Counted from the whole stretch's first letter, positions 36,917 through 51,373 are shown. The stretch is 63,988 bases of DNA, filler included, from Ionaspis alba (GCA_964255285.1; 10 parts of 10 records of this genome joined end to end with filler, not necessarily neighbours in it), one strand, 5' to 3'. Program-made: numbers and translations. The notes: generated by a model from the letters alone, not told the origin.

Positions 36917-39168
36917 CCCCTTGAACCACTCGAAAATCTTCATTTCATCTGGCTTGTTGGTTCTGGAGGATAGCTGGATATTCTCGCAGAGTCTACTCTA
37001 CTTGCTGTATCTCCGATGAACACAAAGTGACTATGAGCCAGTAAGAACATTTCGCATGGGATGAAAATTCTTCTCCTGCATATCGCAGGATTTGTGTGAC
37101 CGTGATAGACATCTCTCAGTCAGCAGCATGAGAAAAGCCTGTGACTCGGCAAAACGTTGGATCGAGTCTTTCTCCAACGGTGGCGCGAAACAGACCCAAC
37201 CATCGATCTCTTCGTCAAGGGGGCGTTCTTCTCCCCAATCTTCACAAGACAGTTCTTAAGTCGTCCACTCTTTGATTGGTGCTTCTCTATCTTCCTCAAT
37301 TGCTTTGAGAACAGTACGACCCCGAATTGAGCGATGGGGTGTGATACGAGGTACAGGCACAATGGGCTCTTGCATACTGATTTCCCACTTATCGATTGTG
37401 TATCGACTACCGTGCGTCAGGCACGAGCGTTTTATGCATGAAGGTGCAGGATGTCACTTTTGTTCATGCAGCCACGCTGTCAGAGAAGCATAACCATAGG
37501 CTGACTTCTTTTTTGTTCAGTCCACGATGCATTCAATGGTCTTCGTCCCTTGGTACAGAATCAAAGAGTGTGACGATATCCAACTCTTCTGTTTCTCGAT
37601 TCAGGTCGTCTTTGGGGACAACAACAACTCCAATAATAATGATCAACTAATACCTAATCCAACCACCCCCATCCCAGCAGTCATCTCGGGGGCTTGATCG
37701 GGAGCGAGTTCTCCCCCCAAAGCTTATTTCCTCTTTAGCGCACGGTATTCCTGACTTCGATTTCCGAGGGCGCCACTCACAATTCTAGCTCGATCCGTTT
37801 TCTTCGCCGGCGTTGCACCTAGACACATGCCATCGAACTCCTTTTCCGATTTTTCGTTATTGAAGGATCACTGTGAATAGAGCAACTCCCATGCTCTGGG
37901 TATGGGCACCGTAGTGAGCATCCAGAGGAGCTCAGACAAGCCGACTATCATTCTAAACTTGCACGGTACACATGAAGAACAGCCATCACAACACCACATT
38001 TTCAGTGCACACGCCTCCCCAAGACCATGATCATCCGTAACCCGAACAGGCCAACATTCACAGACCCCCTTCCCATCACGAACCACGGCTCTCATCACCA
38101 ATCCCCTCATCCGAAAAAAATTCCACTCCATCCCGTCCCCATCACCTGGGCCAACGACTCCACAAACACCAGCCCTGCAAACTCAAAAAAACCACGCTTC
38201 CCCGAAGAAAAGTACTAGCAACAAATCAGGACGAGATAACCCGATTTTCTACAGTCCTGGCCCGATTTCATCATTTCAAGGCCTCAAATCCGGTCGCTAT
38301 GAAGAACCATGGGACCGAGCTCGAGTCGCCACCCTCACTTGCACGGACGACGTAGATACAATAGGTAACGAAGAAACCAGAAGAAAACATCATCGTGCAG
38401 AACCCGAACGCGTGCCTACCCGCGCGGCTCCTCCGTGGCAATCACCACATATTCATTATTATTAACATGCATCTCGCCCATCTCCACAAACCCAANNNNN
38501 NNNNNNNNNNNNNNNNNNNNNNNNNNNNNNNNNNNNNNNTTAATTAATTAANNNNNNNNNNNNNNNNNNNNNNNNNNNNNNNNNNNNNNNNNNNNTGGAA
38601 CGCTTCGGCGCATATTCTGCCTCTTGTTCGATGTATCGTGGGACCACCCTGCTCTTTCCCATAGGATAAAACGTTATATCATAGGTACATGATTCTGCAG
38701 CGTCGCAATCGTCACTCTTTCTTAGCTTCTGCTTCTTTTTCCTACTTATGACACTTATACAACAACTTCCCACAATCCTACCCATACACCAACGTTGTCG
38801 GTGCAACTTACGGTCGGGACTGGGCCGCCCGAGAAAAGAACAGTAACTCCCCCTTGTTGCAAATCTTAGCGTGCCTCTATCATCCTTGAAAGCCAAATCC
38901 ACACCTCACCTTTCCCCAACTTGTTCAAATCACCCAAGAAGGAAACGGGACCAATCTCTTATTCAAAGCCTGAGGCTTGCTATCAAACACTATCCAGCAC
39001 TATACCCGTTCTATCGACGCCAAACCAAAGTCTTCGACCTCCTTTTCCCTTTCTCGACTCCACAAAGCCTTGGGATAGCTTCCCCTCCCCTGGTCAGGAT
39101 CTTTCCTCTATGCGGCTGGCTATCATGAATCACCGCCATCGCCATTGAAACGGTGGACCGTGTGTGCC

Positions 39169-42100
39169 ATGGAGCATTCACACCCTCCCATCACGCCAGG
39201 CTCGAGCCAGGACTTTGCCGTCTCTTCACCCACAGTTCACACCGTCACGCGATTGAAGGCTGGCAAGCCCGCTCAGATTGACGTCTCCTCCTTCTCGGCG
39301 CTGCAGTCGCAAAAGACCAAAGCCAATACTCCCTCGCCTGTGCGTAGAAAGCCCTTACCATCTTCCGCCTCTCCTCCTCCTCTGGTCGTACCAAGATTCT
39401 CTAGTGGGGGACGGGTCGTGGCAGTTGGAGTGGAAGGGTTCAACGACAATCGATCAACGACACAGGTCGAAAATCATCCCCCTCTCACGTCACATCGTCC
39501 ACCATGGCTACCAGAACCCAGCTCCTCTCCTACCCTCGTGGTGCGAGATCTTGACCAGTAAGCAATCCTTGCGCCATCTTGACCTTCACATCTTCGAGTA
39601 AGACCGGCACTGACTCTATGACCGTGATAGATTCCCTCGCGGTCATTCTCCTCAAGTCCCACAAAGTCCTGACCGTACTCCCTTTGCTGATTTGCCTGCC
39701 GACCAAGCACGGCAAATTCTACAGAATCTCGATAGCGTCACCGAAGTATCCTCGATACCAGGCCATTCACGGATCGCAAGCGAACCATCTGATGTTCCTA
39801 CACTAAAAAGCAGGGCGCGGCCTGTTCACCAGACCCAGCGGTCTACCACAATGCCTATGCGTGGTGCCTCTGGACCTCCTCCCCTCCAGCTCAATGGCGA
39901 ACCACGCATACCCTCACACCGTGCGAACGGATCCAACGAGTCAAATCCTCCTTCAAGATCGAACATGCTCACTAGCTTTTTCGGCTGGAAAGGCGCGGCG
40001 TCCTCACCTGTTGCTGAATCCTCACCAACAACAATATCAGATAGGAGTCACTCACCCCTTCCGTCCCCACGGGTTCCACCGTCGCCATTGGGTTTCCCTT
40101 CTTCTATAAAGGCAATACCTCAGATGATAGACGTTACCAAAGCAAATGGTGCTCAGAGGGGCTCGTATTTCGGTACTGCAGGCGCACCTCCTGCGCCACC
40201 CACACCCGCTATGACGAAAAAAGTGGAAGAACTGGAGGAAGAGCTCCGGGAAATCAGTGCGGAATTGGCAGGTTCGATCCGCAGAGAGATGGAATTGGAG
40301 GATCAAGTGGAGCGATTACAGTCGGAAGGTCCTCAAGCACCTGTCTTGAGTCGAAGAACAAGTGACTACTTTTCGGACTCTGGCACTAGTTCGGTCAGAT
40401 ACCAAAATAGTGAAGCAGATGGGAGTAAGTTGGAGGATCTGGAAAAGCAGAAGCGGAAATCGGACCAAGAGAAGGCGCAATTGAAGGTCGATGTGTCTCA
40501 AAAGCTTCAGGAGGAGCGGAGCCGAAGAACGCAGATGGAGGCTCATATAAAGAGTCTGGAGGAACACATCTATAACGTGGGTAACACAGATCTTGGCCAG
40601 ATGAAAGTTCAACTAACATCCAATGCAGATGGAGCAGAACCAAGGAAAGACAGCAAACGCGCCTGCCCGAATTCAAGAGCTAGAGAACGCACTCGAGGAC
40701 AACCGCCGGCGGATGACCGAAGAAAGGCGGCAGAAGGAGAACTATGAGGATCTGCTCAAGGCTTTACGGGTAGAGGAAGCACGGCACCGGAACGAGAGGG
40801 ATAATCTTAGGGACGAGGTTGTTCCTCAACTTCGAGCTCGAGTCGAGGGTCTAGAGGCGGAAGCTGCGGAATTCCAGAAACTCACCTATGAGAATGCGAG
40901 GATGCAGCAGGAACTGCAATCTCTCAGGAGCATGAATGCGTTCTCTCCCTCCTCGCGCATCGGTATGATTGCGGAGGAAGGATCTTCGTCTTCACCTACA
41001 ACTCCTGTACCAAAAAGCGCTGGACTGGCAAGATCTGCCTCACTAGCCCGAGGCACGCCATCAGCTACTGGACTGGCAAGGTCTGGCTCATTATCGCGAT
41101 CGAACTCCGTATCCAAAGACCGAGAGTCTCGAGAATCACTCGCAGATCGAGTCAAAGAGATTGAAATGCAGCGAGACGCGCTACACCGAGCATTGAAAAG
41201 TTTATTAGAACGACAAAAGTACCAAGGCCTAGAACATGAAAAGCGAGTCAGAGCATTAGAGCAAGAGCGAGATAGAGCATTAGAGTCTCATTCGCCACGG
41301 AGAAGAGGCTACGAAAAAGAAGTGAAAGATTTGCGGTACGAAATCAATGATCTCCGGCGGCGAGCAGACGAGGCTCTAGAACAAAAGTGGCAATGCGAAA
41401 AAGGTCTCGGAGGATTGAAAAAAGATCTCGACAGAGCTGAACAAGAAACTGGCTCCCTCCGAGCTCTCCTCCACGAAAACGACATCCTAATCCCCGATCT
41501 CCCCACCAAATCCTCTCCCACCGACATCCACATCGACACACACGCCACCTCCGCCTCGCTCGAGCGCGCCTACAAAGAACTGCAAGAAACCCAAGCTCTC
41601 TCCATCTCCCGCCTGCGCGAACTCAAAGGCCTCACCCCCTCCAGCACCGACGACGCCAAAACCAGCGAAACAATGGACATGCTCCTAAAAACTATGTCCA
41701 ACGCCGAAGCCGAGCGGGACCTCGCCCAAAAACAAGCCGCGACCTACCGCGCCCAAGCCGCCTCCCTGCAAGACACGACTGCCTTCCACGAAACCGAGAA
41801 CGCGGGTCTCGCGGCCCAGTTACGTGCTTCCGCTGACCGCGTCACGGCCTTGTCGTCTCAAGTCCGGTTCCAGCTCGAGTCAAACGGCGTGCTGCGTACC
41901 CGTCTTGCGGAAGCGGTCGGCCGTGGCGAGAGAGAGCAGAAGGCGTCGGCGACGAGAATCAATAATATGCAGGGGAAACTCAAAGCGCTCGAAGACCGCC
42001 TCATGGCCGCGCAACAGCATTCCGAAGAAGCGGTCTTGCTGCACGAAGACGAGGTCAAAGGCCTCCGCGACAACACCAATCCCCAGCTCCAACGCCTCCG

Positions 42101-42564
42101 GAGCGGTCCCTCCCCCCGGGCGTCGCTCTTGCCGGTCTCCTCGAATATGGGCGTCCGGATGAGCCCCCGTAGTCCGCGCAGCCCGATGTTCTTCCAGGGG
42201 GCAAAATCCCCTAGATTGGGGAAGACCAGTAGTGGAGTGGGGATGAGTATGAATGAGGCGCTGAGGACGGAGTTTTTGGAAAGGAGAGTCCTGGAGTTGG
42301 AGGGCGCGTTGGCGGAGGCGGATAAGGAGATCAGGGAGGTGGTGCAGAGGATGAATCGCGCGCAGATTGAGGTGGGGGAGTTGCAGTCTGCTAGGTAGGA
42401 TGACCCGATCCTTTTTTTTCTGGTCTGTGAGGGCGAGGGAGATTGATTGCTGATGTATGTTTTTGGCAATGTAGGGATGAGGCGATGAAGTCGACGAGGC
42501 TGTTGCAGGGGCAGATCGTGGCGGAGAATGAGAAGGTTGGGGGGTTGATGCGGTTTTTGCCGAT
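39169..42564 (+). CDS. Long coiled-coil hypothetical protein with P/S-rich N-terminus, 4 exons; last codons lost in gap
   Basis: Introns 39558-39630, 40578-40630 and 42395-42474 join the 138-, 351- and 591-aa ORFs. Heptad-rich segments ELREISAELAGSIRREMELED, AEDALEQKWQCEKGLGGLKKDLDRAEQE-type and QSAR|DEAMKSTRLLQ. Confidence 0.85.
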
Positions 42565-43357
42565 NNNNNNNNNNNNNNNNNNNNNNNNNNNNNNNNNNNN
42601 NNNNNNNNNNNNNNNNNNNNNNNNNNNNNNNNNNNNNNNNNNNNNNNNNNNNNNNNNNNNNNNNCCCCCATTTTTCTCCAAATTTTATCTTAGCGACGCC
42701 GACTTGTTGGAGAGGAGGTGGGATTGTTGTAAATAGAAAAAGAAAGAAAGAAGCAGAGGACGATGAGCAATGGAATTATGTTGCAGGTTTGATTTGTTTC
42801 TTTGTTATGGCTCTGAGTATTACTATCGTGGTGCAAGTACGCGTGCTTGCCCTATATGGAAGATCCACCTCGGTTGTCTCGGCTTGGTTCGCGTGCTTTC
42901 CTCACACGTCGACTTCAGCTTCAGCGTCGACCTCATCGTTCCTTTTCACCTACTTAGTCCCTTCATCTCCATTCCATCTTCACTATCTATCTGTCGCCAG
43001 ACCTTTATTACCATTCGTGTTGTCGTTCCGCTCGGTTCACTGCCGTTATCAAGGTAATGTCTCTTGGGCTACAACTTGTCTATTGCTATTGCTGACGTTG
43101 CTCTGGTAGTATCTGGGGTCATCGTTCTTGCAGCTTGAACAATAGCGAGATCTCAACTGCTGTAGTGGATGTTGAAAGAGGCAGTAAGTACATCGAACAT
43201 GCAATTGATGTTGAGACACAATCTGGTTGGCGATGGATTCTGATGTTATGTGAAGCTTTGGTACTTGACTATTATTTCCTTGCACGCTGAGGTCAGAAGT
43301 TGAGGCATGTGGTAGCAGACCTTGGTGTTTTGTGATCAGTCACTCGTCTTCCATCTG

Positions 43358-44480
43358 ATGTCCTATCCTCGGGTGAATGAGCTGCGTGGGGTAGCTTTCG
43401 CATTCTATTAACATCCACAGTACTTTGACCCCGAAAGAGCAAGGTACAGACAAAGCCTCGTAGATACTATGTTTACTTGTCATCACCATCACGTTGGGCG
43501 TCGTAAGAAACACTTCTCTACGTCGATCTTGCCACAAGTTCTGATAACCGATTACAGGTCCTGTTCCCAGCACTCCTTTCCGCTTTCAGCGTCTCCCCGC
43601 GGAACTCCGTAATCGCGTCTACAAGTTTGCCCTCGTGGCACCCGGTCCTCTCAGACCGGACAGCGCGCACAACTATGCGCGTCATGGCTGGCAAATGGGT
43701 CTCGGCCACCTTCATCTCCCCACAACTCTGCTCCGCACAAACAAAGCCATCCACGAGGAGGCTGCCGCGGTTCTGTACGGTCAAAATAGCTTCACTTTTG
43801 ACGACGTGAATCCCTGCTGCCATGGCTGCTGTGGTGATTCAGAGTTCGAAGAAATGGAAGGTGGCCATAGCGAGTGCGAGAGAACAGATTTCAAGCTCTT
43901 TCTCTTAGACATCGGGCTAAGAAATCGTCTCCGTTTACGGCACATAATTTTCTCCTTTCACCGTAATTATGCCCCGAGCTACTTCGGACGCAAAGGCCGC
44001 TTCATCGCCGACGCGCTTCACATTCTCTCGCAAGGCCACGCCCTCCGCGTCCTGGAGATCAACCTTTCTGGTGAGGCTCACCTGGGCGACATGGGGACGC
44101 CCAACGGCATCCTAAGCGAGATGCGCAAGATCAAAGGTCTCGCAGAACTGCGTATCACTTCTTCGGATGAGGAGGCGAGCAACTTGCTCAAGCAGGAAAT
44201 AGAATCTAAGATCGGTGATATGGAAGACTCATCAGAGGAGGAGTGTGCTGCTCATCAAGAAGATCGGGATTTGGTAAGGCATTTGGCCTCGCTGGTCAAT
44301 GAGCGTGGTAAGCTTGAGGAGAAGAATAAGGAGGAAAGGAGGGAGAGGATGATCAGATTGAGGCGCATTGAGCAAATTGACAAGCTTTTTGAAGGTGTGA
44401 AGAAGGCCCCGACAGAGATCACGAAGACGCCTGACGAGGTTAAGAAGTCGAAGAGTCTTAAGCGGGGTTTGCGGAAGTGA
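43358..44480 (+). CDS. Hypothetical protein with F-box-like 'FxxLPAELRNRVY' motif and C-terminal coiled coil, 3 exons (43358-43372, 43421-43502, 43558-44480)
   Basis: PFRFQRLPAELRNRVYKFAL..LLRTNKAIHEEAAAVLYGQNSFTF..FLLDIGLRNRLRLRHI, the signature of a widespread Pezizomycotina family. Two GT-AG introns keep the frame. Confidence 0.75.
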
Positions 44481-44998
44481 TGGAAGGGAGAGCGTTGAAT
44501 GGCTAAAGATCGTGGTAAGAGCCTTCGCGGAACATCAGGGTGAGTGAGAAGATCAACGGACTTGAAAGAAAGATTGGAGCAAATAACAGATGGCTACGTT
44601 GGGCTTTCTCATCTTTAGCTATTGTTGCCCTAGATACCGACAGGTTTTGCTTGGCAGGTGGTTGCAAGTGGTATGATATTTGCTTCGATAAGAGCCATGA
44701 TTGAATCAAATCCATTTCTTTTTACAGATTGGAGCTTGAGTAGCATGTGGTCAGGACATCGAAGGAATGGAAGCAAAACATGGAATGGTCATTGATGTAT
44801 ACAAGACATCACTACCTCATGATAACTACTAGCCGGGGAGAATTGGATACTAATAATATAGGAGCTATTATCCACATGCTTTAGCTCAANNNNNNNNNNN
44901 NNNNNNNNNNNNNNNNNNNNNNNNNNNNNNNNNTTAATTAATTAANNNNNNNNNNNNNNNNNNNNNNNNNNNNNNNNNNNNNNNNNNNNGCGTACAGT

Positions 44999-47900
44999 TC
45001 ACTTCTCTTCATCGGTCATATCTTCGCCATCCTCATCGCCTTCATCAGATACAATAGACCCATCAGTGTCCATCCCGTCTATCTCTGCCTCGCCTTCACC
45101 AACCTCTAGACCATAATCGTCTTGGAAGAACGCCAACGGCTTCACTTCCGGCTTGAAACCCATAGCTTTGAATTCCTCGACTTGACCCTTCGTCAGGTTA
45201 GCTATGGATTCCTACGTATAGAGCAACTCCGGATGAGCATAGAAAAATACGTACTTTCTCCATGATTGCGGCACAAGTCACAAAGACATTGGCTGTCTCT
45301 GCTACAAAGATTGGATGTAGGACTTGCTTCATCACTGCTTTGATCTCGTCTACAGTGACGTCTCTGACTTTCTTCAGGATAGTATCGTTCCAATCGGCTG
45401 GCAGTCCTCGCATGACCTGCTTGACAAAGCTCTCGGCAGCCGCTGCCGCCATGGTAGACTGCCCGTTGGCAAACCCGAGAACGATTTGACTGATAGCACC
45501 CTCCAATGCCAGATTATCAACCTCAGTCTTCCCGGAAATGTAGCCTTCCAGCACAGTTCTGCTCGCTGCATATGCTTTTGCTGCATCTGGAGATCGATAC
45601 ACGTTGAATGTGACTTGGCCAGAATGAACACTGCGGCTGAACCCGGTCCCGTATGCAAGGCCAGTTCCTCTTACAGCAGTCCAGAGGGGGCCTTCAGTGG
45701 CGTCAAGATAGGAAATAGCAACCATCAAGGCTGCAGTGCGAGGATCCTGGAGGTCTGTAGGTCCTTTGGCGACAGAGAGCAGATAAGAAGAGTCAATAGT
45801 GGCGAGAGGAACTACAAATGCTAGATCGCCTGGGATTTTTCCGGCCTTACTCATTCTGTCGAGCCTTGCGTCCAGAGGCGGAAGTGGCTTGTCAGGGCTA
45901 CCAAGATGTTGCCATGATGTGACCGGTCTATTGAGTTTCTCCATATTCGCAATGACCAAGATACGGAGATTTGATACTTGACATATTGCCTGACGAATTT
46001 CCTCCAGCTGAGAGAGAATGGTGGCTGCTCCGTCTCCAGAGTTGAGTTGCTGCTTGACACGTTTGAGATACACCGCTTTTACAAGAGTGTCTCGAGCCCT
46101 ACTTATCGATTCAGGAGCTGTGTGGGTCATCATGGCTGCAGAATAAGTCATGCTACTCCCGTCCCTTTTCTCGTCCGGAATGTCTGCGAGCAATTTGGCG
46201 GTAGTGGCTTTGATCCTCGTAAGGTCAAAGATGGAGCTCCAGAACAGATCCTTTATCCAGCCAATTGCAGTTCCGTACTTTCCTGCCTCTAGTTGAAGAG
46301 ATAATCGCAAGACTTCCGGGTTTCCAAGAGAAGATCCGGAGTCCATATCGTATTCCACAGTGTCCTTCTCCAGCTCAATAACGACATTCTCAAACTCAAT
46401 TCGTTCACCATTGCGCGTTATTGGAGTGTCAAAAAAGTTACCAAGATATATTGACAATAGTGGTCGAAGTTGGACCGGAATCTTAGCAGTACCCAATAGC
46501 ACGGTGATGAAGACGAAACTGGTTGGGATATGCTCGAAATGAAGGAAGGGTGCTGCTTGTGATTTGTCTTGATCAACAATTTTCTGTATGGAATTATCTG
46601 GAGCACCAAATTCCTCGCGGGCAGCACCGGCACGAGCTGTCACGGTCTGGATGAAGTGAATAGAGCTGGTATCCGGGACTTTAAACCTCTCAAGTATCTC
46701 ACGAGGGATTTCTCGATCATTTTCGGCCTTTGCAGCGGCGAGTCTCTCTTCCAACCTCTTTAGCCCGGCCTCTCCCAACTTTGCTATTTGTGCAGCTACA
46801 CGGGCTTTCTCGTCCTCCTTGATTTTCTTCGATAGAGCAGCAGACGGCTTGCCGAGTATCGTGATATGAGGCGCACCAGCTATCCATTTGTTCAAGAAGT
46901 GTCTCCAGTCAGTGTCGCTCCAAAGCTTGAGCTCCTCAAACTCTGCGAGCGAAGCCATAGTTCGTAGTGCTGAGCCATCCCGCTCACCAAAAAGAAATCT
47001 TGAGATGATTGCGGAGGTGAAGAAAGAGTCGGTACTCTCGGCATAGAATTTTTGGCGACGTGTTTCTCGAACGATACAGTCAGTCATGTAGTTCATGTCT
47101 AAGTTCTTGTCAACTACTCCTTTCACGACCTCGAAAAATCGAGCTTCCACTTGCTCCAATTTGGTGGCATCGACACTGCTCAGTGTAAATTGAATCACTG
47201 TATCTGGTCGGCTTTCTTGTGAGTAGTAAACTGCGCTTGCTATCTGTTCCTTCTCAACCAACGTGTTCTCCAGCACTGAAGCGGAAGACCCAGCCAGGTA
47301 CGTCAAGAGAACTGCGAGAGCACCCATTGCAAGCACGTCGTTGCAGCTCGGACCAAGGAAGCTGATTGAGATCTCGCCTGTCGACTCATCTTCTTCTGGG
47401 AACTCCACTGTCTCGATAACCGACTTTTCCAAAGGGGTAGCCTGTTTCGATTCAACCCAGGGTCTTCTGAACGGCGCATTAGGCTTGGGAATATCCTCAA
47501 GAATGGTCTCCTCAAAATCATCGAGAATTGTGAGCAGATCAGAATGATCAACTTCTCCAACAATGACAAGACAAAGGTTCTTGGGCTGATACATGTCCCG
47601 GTGGAACTGCCTTATCTGGTCCGCCGTTAGGACACGAAGCTGCTCCATCATGCCTCCTGTCTCGTAACGAAAGCCAACTCCTTCTTTGTACATTAGGCGC
47701 TTACTTTTCAGCTCCATAATTTCGCCTTGGTTATTTTGACAGCCCTGCATCTCAGAATACACGACGCCAGCGTCATGACCACTGTCATCCACGTGATGGA
47801 CCTCGGTATAACAGCCCGCATCTGTGAGGGTGGGGACAACAACATGCTCTAGATAGACTGGCAAGATTTGAGAAAAGCCTGCCCAACCAGCACTATCGAG

Positions 47901-48221
47901 AGTATACGCGGTATGGTCGGTGGCCGTCCATGCGTTCGTACCTGAGTAAGCCCTAGTTGCAAGCTTATCTAGTACACCCTTGTATGGGTAACTTTTAGAG
48001 CCCATAAAGCATAGATGCTCTAGTGTGTGAGGTGCACCAGAATCATTGTGGATCTCTGTAGCTAAGGCAAAGAATCCCAACACCTTGGGTCCTTTCTGAT
48101 CGACGACGACCACTTGCATTCCAGTCCTTCTTGATTCATATTGGACGAAAGTATTGGGCGAGAATTCGCAAGCAACCTTTTGCAGTACCCGGAAGTGGTT
48201 CTTTCGGAAAGCAGAGGGCAT
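44999..48221 (-). CDS. M16 (insulinase/LuxS-MPP-like) zinc metallopeptidase, presequence-protease-related M16C subgroup; 2 exons
   Basis: Inverted zinc motif SGAPHTLEHLCFMGS, TNAWTATDHTAY, GVVYSEMQG, YRSPD. Intron 45254-45188, then an acidic last exon ending ..DMTDEEK* at 44999. Confidence 0.93.
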
Positions 48222-49041
48222 TTTGGATGCGGTGCTGAACGCTCTTCGTAAGGTACAACCGAGACTAGAAGATACACATGAACCACCGGTCCGCCGTAAA
48301 AAGTTGGGTATCCTAGATCAGACTAGGTAAGCTCTGTCGTCGCCTTTCCATAGAGGAGTATCTGCACAACTAGGAGCCACATACCCTGCGGATAACAACG
48401 AGTAGAGGACTAATACAGCTAGTAGCGTGAATGACAAAATGTTTAGAGCGCGCTGTGCTTTCATAAGAAAGGAATGATAATCTCAAGCAGAGAGCAACAA
48501 GCTAACCAGGTATAGCTCTGTATGGCAGATGAGAAGCCTTGCCTTACTGAAATTGGGCAAACGATGAGTTCTCTACAAGACGGATGGCAATGCAATTCGA
48601 AGGAGATATTGACAAGGATTTACGAACTTGGCTATCATGTAAAAAGTTGTGTGCTGTCTAAGCAAAGGAAAGCATGGTAATGTGATGATTAGGCAGAAAT
48701 CTAAGGCACTTTCTTCTAAGAAATAGTAACACTGAAATTGGTGCAAGAGAAGAATGAAGCACTCGCCTGAGTTTTAAGTGGCCCTGAGGCACTGCCCAAG
48801 GCGCGTGGACAGATTTCGCTGCAGGGCATTTTTAGCACAATGGGTAGGAGGCCGGGGGCGTATTTAGGGGGAAGTCCCTTGTTCCACCGTACCCGTGTCG
48901 CCAGCTGGAGGGCCCCCGGGGGATTTTTGGCTATTAATCATGCTAATTATGCTCGGCAGCGATTCCTGACCATGCGCCTCGGCCCCAGGACCAATGTCCG
49001 CCCATATCTAGTGAACCTCTGAACGGAGGATCTAACCGGAA

Positions 49042-49068
49042 ACGCGCTTCCACACTATGGTCCCGCGT
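49042..49068 (+). promoter_or_regulatory. Two MCB-like ACGCG cores just upstream of POL31
   Basis: ACGCG at 49042-49046 and CGCGT at 49064-49068, within 85 nt of the ATG. MBF regulation is typical of fungal replication genes. Confidence 0.4.
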
Positions 49069-49124
49069 CACAACGAGCCGAGCAAAACTATTAACGGTCT
49101 TGATGCTTGCCATACAGAGAAGTC

Positions 49125-50856
49125 ATGGAGGATGACAGCCTGCTTCAGCCCCCAGGGTATGCGCACACTATTGATACTGACCAATCGAGATTGACGATGA
49201 ATGCAGCAATGAAGAGTACCCGTCCATTGAACGCTTTCCCTCCACGTACAACCCTCTACGAACATACGAGCTAGCTAAAGGAGACAACAAGCACTACCAA
49301 CAACAATACAGTGACATCTACTTCCTACGATTGGCTCAATTGAAGCCTATAGTCGAACAAGCTGCAAGAGATGCGTGGGCGGACTTTGAGGTATGACGAC
49401 AACCCCACGAATACTAGGTAAGGGCACTGCTAAGCTTCAGGTTTGCAGGTCGGTGGAGAGAAAGTGCGAAGAGTGGACCGAGTGCTCGATGTGCGGCAAG
49501 GAGATCTCTGTTGGGTGGCGGGGACGGTATACATGGATATGCCCCTAAAGCCAAATATCCTGGACGATATCTCGAAGGACGTGAGTGGGCTTAGTCCACA
49601 CAGCCCTAATTTGTGTCTGCTATGCTGACAAGCTTTCGCCATACAGCATTGGATATCTGCACCTCCGCCTAGAGACAAGTACCTGTCCTCCAATGGGCAG
49701 GACCTGACGATGCTTGAGGATGAATCTGGACGTATTCGACTCATTGGTGTGCCGTTACAAACTACAATGCTTGTTACCGGCTGTATTGTTGCTGTCATGG
49801 GTACAGAGAATGCCAATGGCGACTTCGAGATCGTGGATATCCAGTTCCCAGATCTCCCACGTCAGCCACAGCGCTGGGAGCGAGACGACGCCGCAGCCGT
49901 CCTTGCCAATGGTAGTGACGGCAAACGGAAGAAATCGGGCGGAGAGGAGAGAAAACCTGGTGGAAAGGTCGCTATTGCAAGCGGTCTCGAGATTAGCGGC
50001 GACGAAGCAAACAGCTTGACGGTTGACTTATTTATGGAATATCTACTAGGCGAATCATCCGGTGTATCCGATCAGCAAGATGCCGGAAAGATATCACGGT
50101 TGATCATTGCAGGCAACTCACTTGCTGAGGCTTCCCCTCTGAGTGTTAAAGACGAGGTCCTTGGTAAGAAGGCTGCTCGGAAATATGGTTACGATTCTTC
50201 AGTGTACAACCCAGCACCTACAGCACACCTGGATAGTTTTATTGCTACATTACTGCCTTCGATACCAGTGACGCTTATTCCAGGGGAGTCGGATCCTGCA
50301 AATGTCTCCATGCCACAGCAACCAATTCATCCGGCAATGCTTCCCCATAGTAGAGCATACGCAGCGATGCCAGGATCGAATGAAGTGGGATGGTTCGACA
50401 GTGCGACTAATCCTTGGCAAGGAGATGTGGACGGGTGGAGATTGATGGGTACCGGAGGACAGCCCATCAACGATGTGTTCAAGTATGTGGAGGGCGACGA
50501 CAGACTGGATATGATGGAGAATCTGCTGCGCTGGAGATGCATGGCTCCGACCGCTCCCGACACCTTATGTGAGTCTCGCTTACACCTTCTTACTTGTTGC
50601 TGGATGGCTAAAAGGACTTTGTACAGGGTGCTATCCGTTTCAAGAAAATGATCCTTTTGTGATCGAGGAATGTCCTCATGTATACTTTGTCGGCAATCAG
50701 CCAAGATTTGAGACTACAGTGATTACGGGCCCCGCAGGGCAACGTGTCACCTTGATTGCGGTACCGAAGTTCAAAGAGACAGGAACCGTTGTTCTTCTAG
50801 ACATGGACACTCTGGAGGTCGAGCTCATAAACTTCTCTGTCTATGATGAACCTTGA
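49125..50856 (+). CDS. POL31: DNA polymerase delta small (B) subunit, 5 exons
   Basis: YQQQYSDIYFLRLAQLKP, VDRVLDVRQGDLCWVAGTVYMDMPLKPNILDD, LEDESGRIRL, LIIAGNS, PGESDPANVSMPQQPIH, APTAPDTL|WCYPF, CPHVYFVGNQ. Confidence 0.95.
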
Positions 50857-51373
50857 CCCTGACAACACAAGTCATTTCTTGCTCGCAGCGAACTCGCGCA
50901 CCTGGTGACAAGCTCATATGGCAGAGGATATAGCACCATAGCTGAATATGGCGTCTTGTGTACCAGCTGCGTCTGGACATAGATCACGCGTAAGGATGCT
51001 TCGCATTAGAACTATGGTATGTTTATGAGAATGCCAAATGCGTGCTAATACAGTCAGGCTCTAGTTGTTGTGCTAATCGTCTCACAGAACAGGCATAACA
51101 GGCATTTCATAGCCGAGGGACTTAGTGAAGGCATGCTGGATGATCTAATGGCTTTCTTCTTGAAATGCTATTCCTGCGTCCTGTCATGCGCTTTTTCAAC
51201 TGCCGTTCGAGTAATAAACTCAGATATTTTCAGGGACGAAATTAAATGTCCAGAAGCGAAACGAGCATGAAGTNNNNNNNNNNNNNNNNNNNNNNNNNNN
51301 NNNNNNNNNNNNNNNNNTTAATTAATTAANNNNNNNNNNNNNNNNNNNNNNNNNNNNNNNNNNNNNNNNNNNN

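Noticed and set aside
35900..38495. Many short ORFs in the long region upstream of the RasGEF
   Set aside because: No coherent frame, splice pattern or motif; consistent with a long promoter or 5' leader.
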